Shown: one piece after another, positions 62,905 through 64,000 of the stretch
Numbering within the stretch: the stretch's first letter is position 1
Layout: every line of letters starts with the position of its first letter
Notes under the pieces: generated by a model
The model's input: only the letters and a program-made list of their open reading frames with translations
What the model was told of the DNA's origin: nothing
The model's database searches: none
Made by a program: the position numbers and the translations under genes
Source of the DNA: an uncultured Rhodopirellula sp.
GTDB taxonomy: Bacteria > Planctomycetota > Planctomycetia > Pirellulales > Pirellulaceae
Direction: 5' to 3'
Assembly (NCBI GenBank): GCA_964007735.1
Contig: CAXGAI010000017.1
Span: forward strand, 1 to 64,000
DNA length: 64,000 nucleotides

Positions 62905-63201
62905 ATGCCCTCCTCAGTCAAAGTTGCTACGTTTTTCAGCCAAACTGAAGCGCTCATCGCAGCAGAATACTTGCGTGCCAACGGACTCGTCACCACGGTG
63001 ATGGGTGATGACGCCGGCGGAGCCTTTTCGGGAATTACACTGAGTAAAGGGTTTCGGCTTTATGTTCCAGCAGCCGACGAAGCGATTGCTATCGAATTAC
63101 TCGAAACCCCTCCTCCCACCAACGAGGGCGGAGGAAATGAAGATACAGCAGCAGAATCTTCAGAGCAGGATGATCAAGATATTAGTCAAGCCGAATACTA
63201 A
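62905..63201 (+). CDS. DUF2007-like putative signal-transducing protein
   Basis: VATFFSQTEALIAAEYLRANGL...RLYVP..DE..AIELL; acidic tail. Confidence 0.7.
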   Translation: MPSSVKVATFFSQTEALIAAEYLRANGLVTTVMGDDAGGAFSGITLSKGFRLYVPAADEAIAIELLETPPPTNEGGGNEDTAAESSEQDDQDISQAEY

Positions 63202-64000
63202 TATCATCTGCTTCCTCGTGATTGAAGCGATGTTCTGCTGACTGCCCGTCGGATTTTGTGATGGCAACAACCCACGTTTGTGAATCATTCTCTCGCGCAC
63301 CGACTGTTACTTTGTCGCCAACAGCAACGGGATCGACAATCAACTCCCCGACACTCACGACTTCTCCGGTATGACCTTCTCGCAAAATAGCAAGTGTCAT
63401 TATTTCACCTGAAACAAGGTGTTCGAAGTCTTCAGGAATTTCAGCACCGTGAGGGTCTGTCAAAGGGTGGCCGAGTTTATCATCGAGGTAATCAACAGCC
63501 TCTTCATCATGGAGATGCTCCAGGACATGGGCTCTTTCATGAAGCTCTTCTTCGGCAACTCCCAGATGTTGCAAATAGGTTTCCCACAAACGGTGTGCTC
63601 TTAACAATCGGCGAGCATGTATACGCCCTTGATCCGTAAACGAGACCATACCTTCTTCAAAACACAACCATTCCTGCCTCACCATGGAATTGACTGCTTT
63701 ACGAATCCGATCGGATTTATATTCCGTATGCTGCATCAAATCATCGATGCCGCAACGCTCCTTTTCTGCACGCAAAATCACGCCAAGAATATCTTCCACA
63801 ACTTGCTGGGGGATCGCCTTCATACGCCGTTGAAAATCGGCTAACAGGCCGTACCGAGGAGCCACAAGAAATACCAACAGGAACTGTGCTGTTAACACCA
63901 CCACAATCATTGCACCTGGGGCGACGTCAAATCTTTCGGAAAGAAAATAACCGATCAGAAACCCTGTCCAGCCGAAAACAGATGAGACCCAAAGCATATT
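63182..64000 (-). CDS. Mn/Fe/Zn ABC transporter permease fused to a DtxR-like metal-dependent repressor domain (5'-truncated by the window edge)
   Basis: TM end GYFLSERFDVAPGAMIV..APRYG, then EDILG winged helix, LLRAHRLWETYL, AHVLEH and DPHGAEIP. Confidence 0.88.
   Translation of the reverse strand, partial: NMLWVSSVFGWTGFLIGYFLSERFDVAPGAMIVVVLTAQFLLVFLVAPRYGLLADFQRRMKAIPQQVVEDILGVILRAEKERCGIDDLMQHTEYKSDRIRKAVNSMVRQEWLCFEEGMVSFTDQGRIHARRLLRAHRLWETYLQHLGVAEEELHERAHVLEHLHDEEAVDYLDDKLGHPLTDPHGAEIPEDFEHLVSGEIMTLAILREGHTGEVVSVGELIVDPVAVGDKVTVGARENDSQTWVVAITKSDGQSAEHRFNHEEADDISIRLD

Noticed and set aside
1..64000. CRISPR arrays, tRNA/rRNA genes, integrases, transposases, defence or phage genes
   Set aside because: I saw no regularly spaced direct repeats, cloverleaf or T-loop signatures, or corresponding protein motifs by eye.

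Overview
Bacterial chromosomal window from a planctomycete, probably Pirellulales-like. The evidence is two DUF1501 proteins, a PSD1/PSCyt planctomycete cytochrome c protein, a dockerin-type surface protein, ASPIC/UnbV proteins, a sulfatase and a Ser/Thr kinase. It is gene-dense, with about 52 supportable CDSs. I saw no rRNA, tRNA, CRISPR array, intact transposase or prophage. The left half (1-36.5 kb) is mostly secreted or periplasmic accessory genes: FG-GAP/ASPIC-UnbV proteins flanking a membrane-bound pentaheme cytochrome-TPR protein, hydrolases, a sulfatase, a PSD1-DUF1501 pair, a tripartite tricarboxylate transporter operon with a TctC-TctB fusion, and an OleA-like thiolase. The right half is mostly housekeeping: acnA, dcd, nth, folE2, moaDEA, an HU/IHF gene, pyrD, trpS, acpS, topA, nfo, and a metal ABC permease-DtxR fusion. 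The most striking unexplained signal is the 674-bp intergenic region at 36528-37201. It contains two interleaved, mutually exclusive sets of long perfect helices plus a U-tract, and it sits directly upstream of a peptidase C26/PuuD-like protein whose catalytic Cys is replaced by Gly. This is a candidate structured-RNA plus pseudo-enzyme system. All calls come from reading motifs by eye; no database search or folding computation was run.
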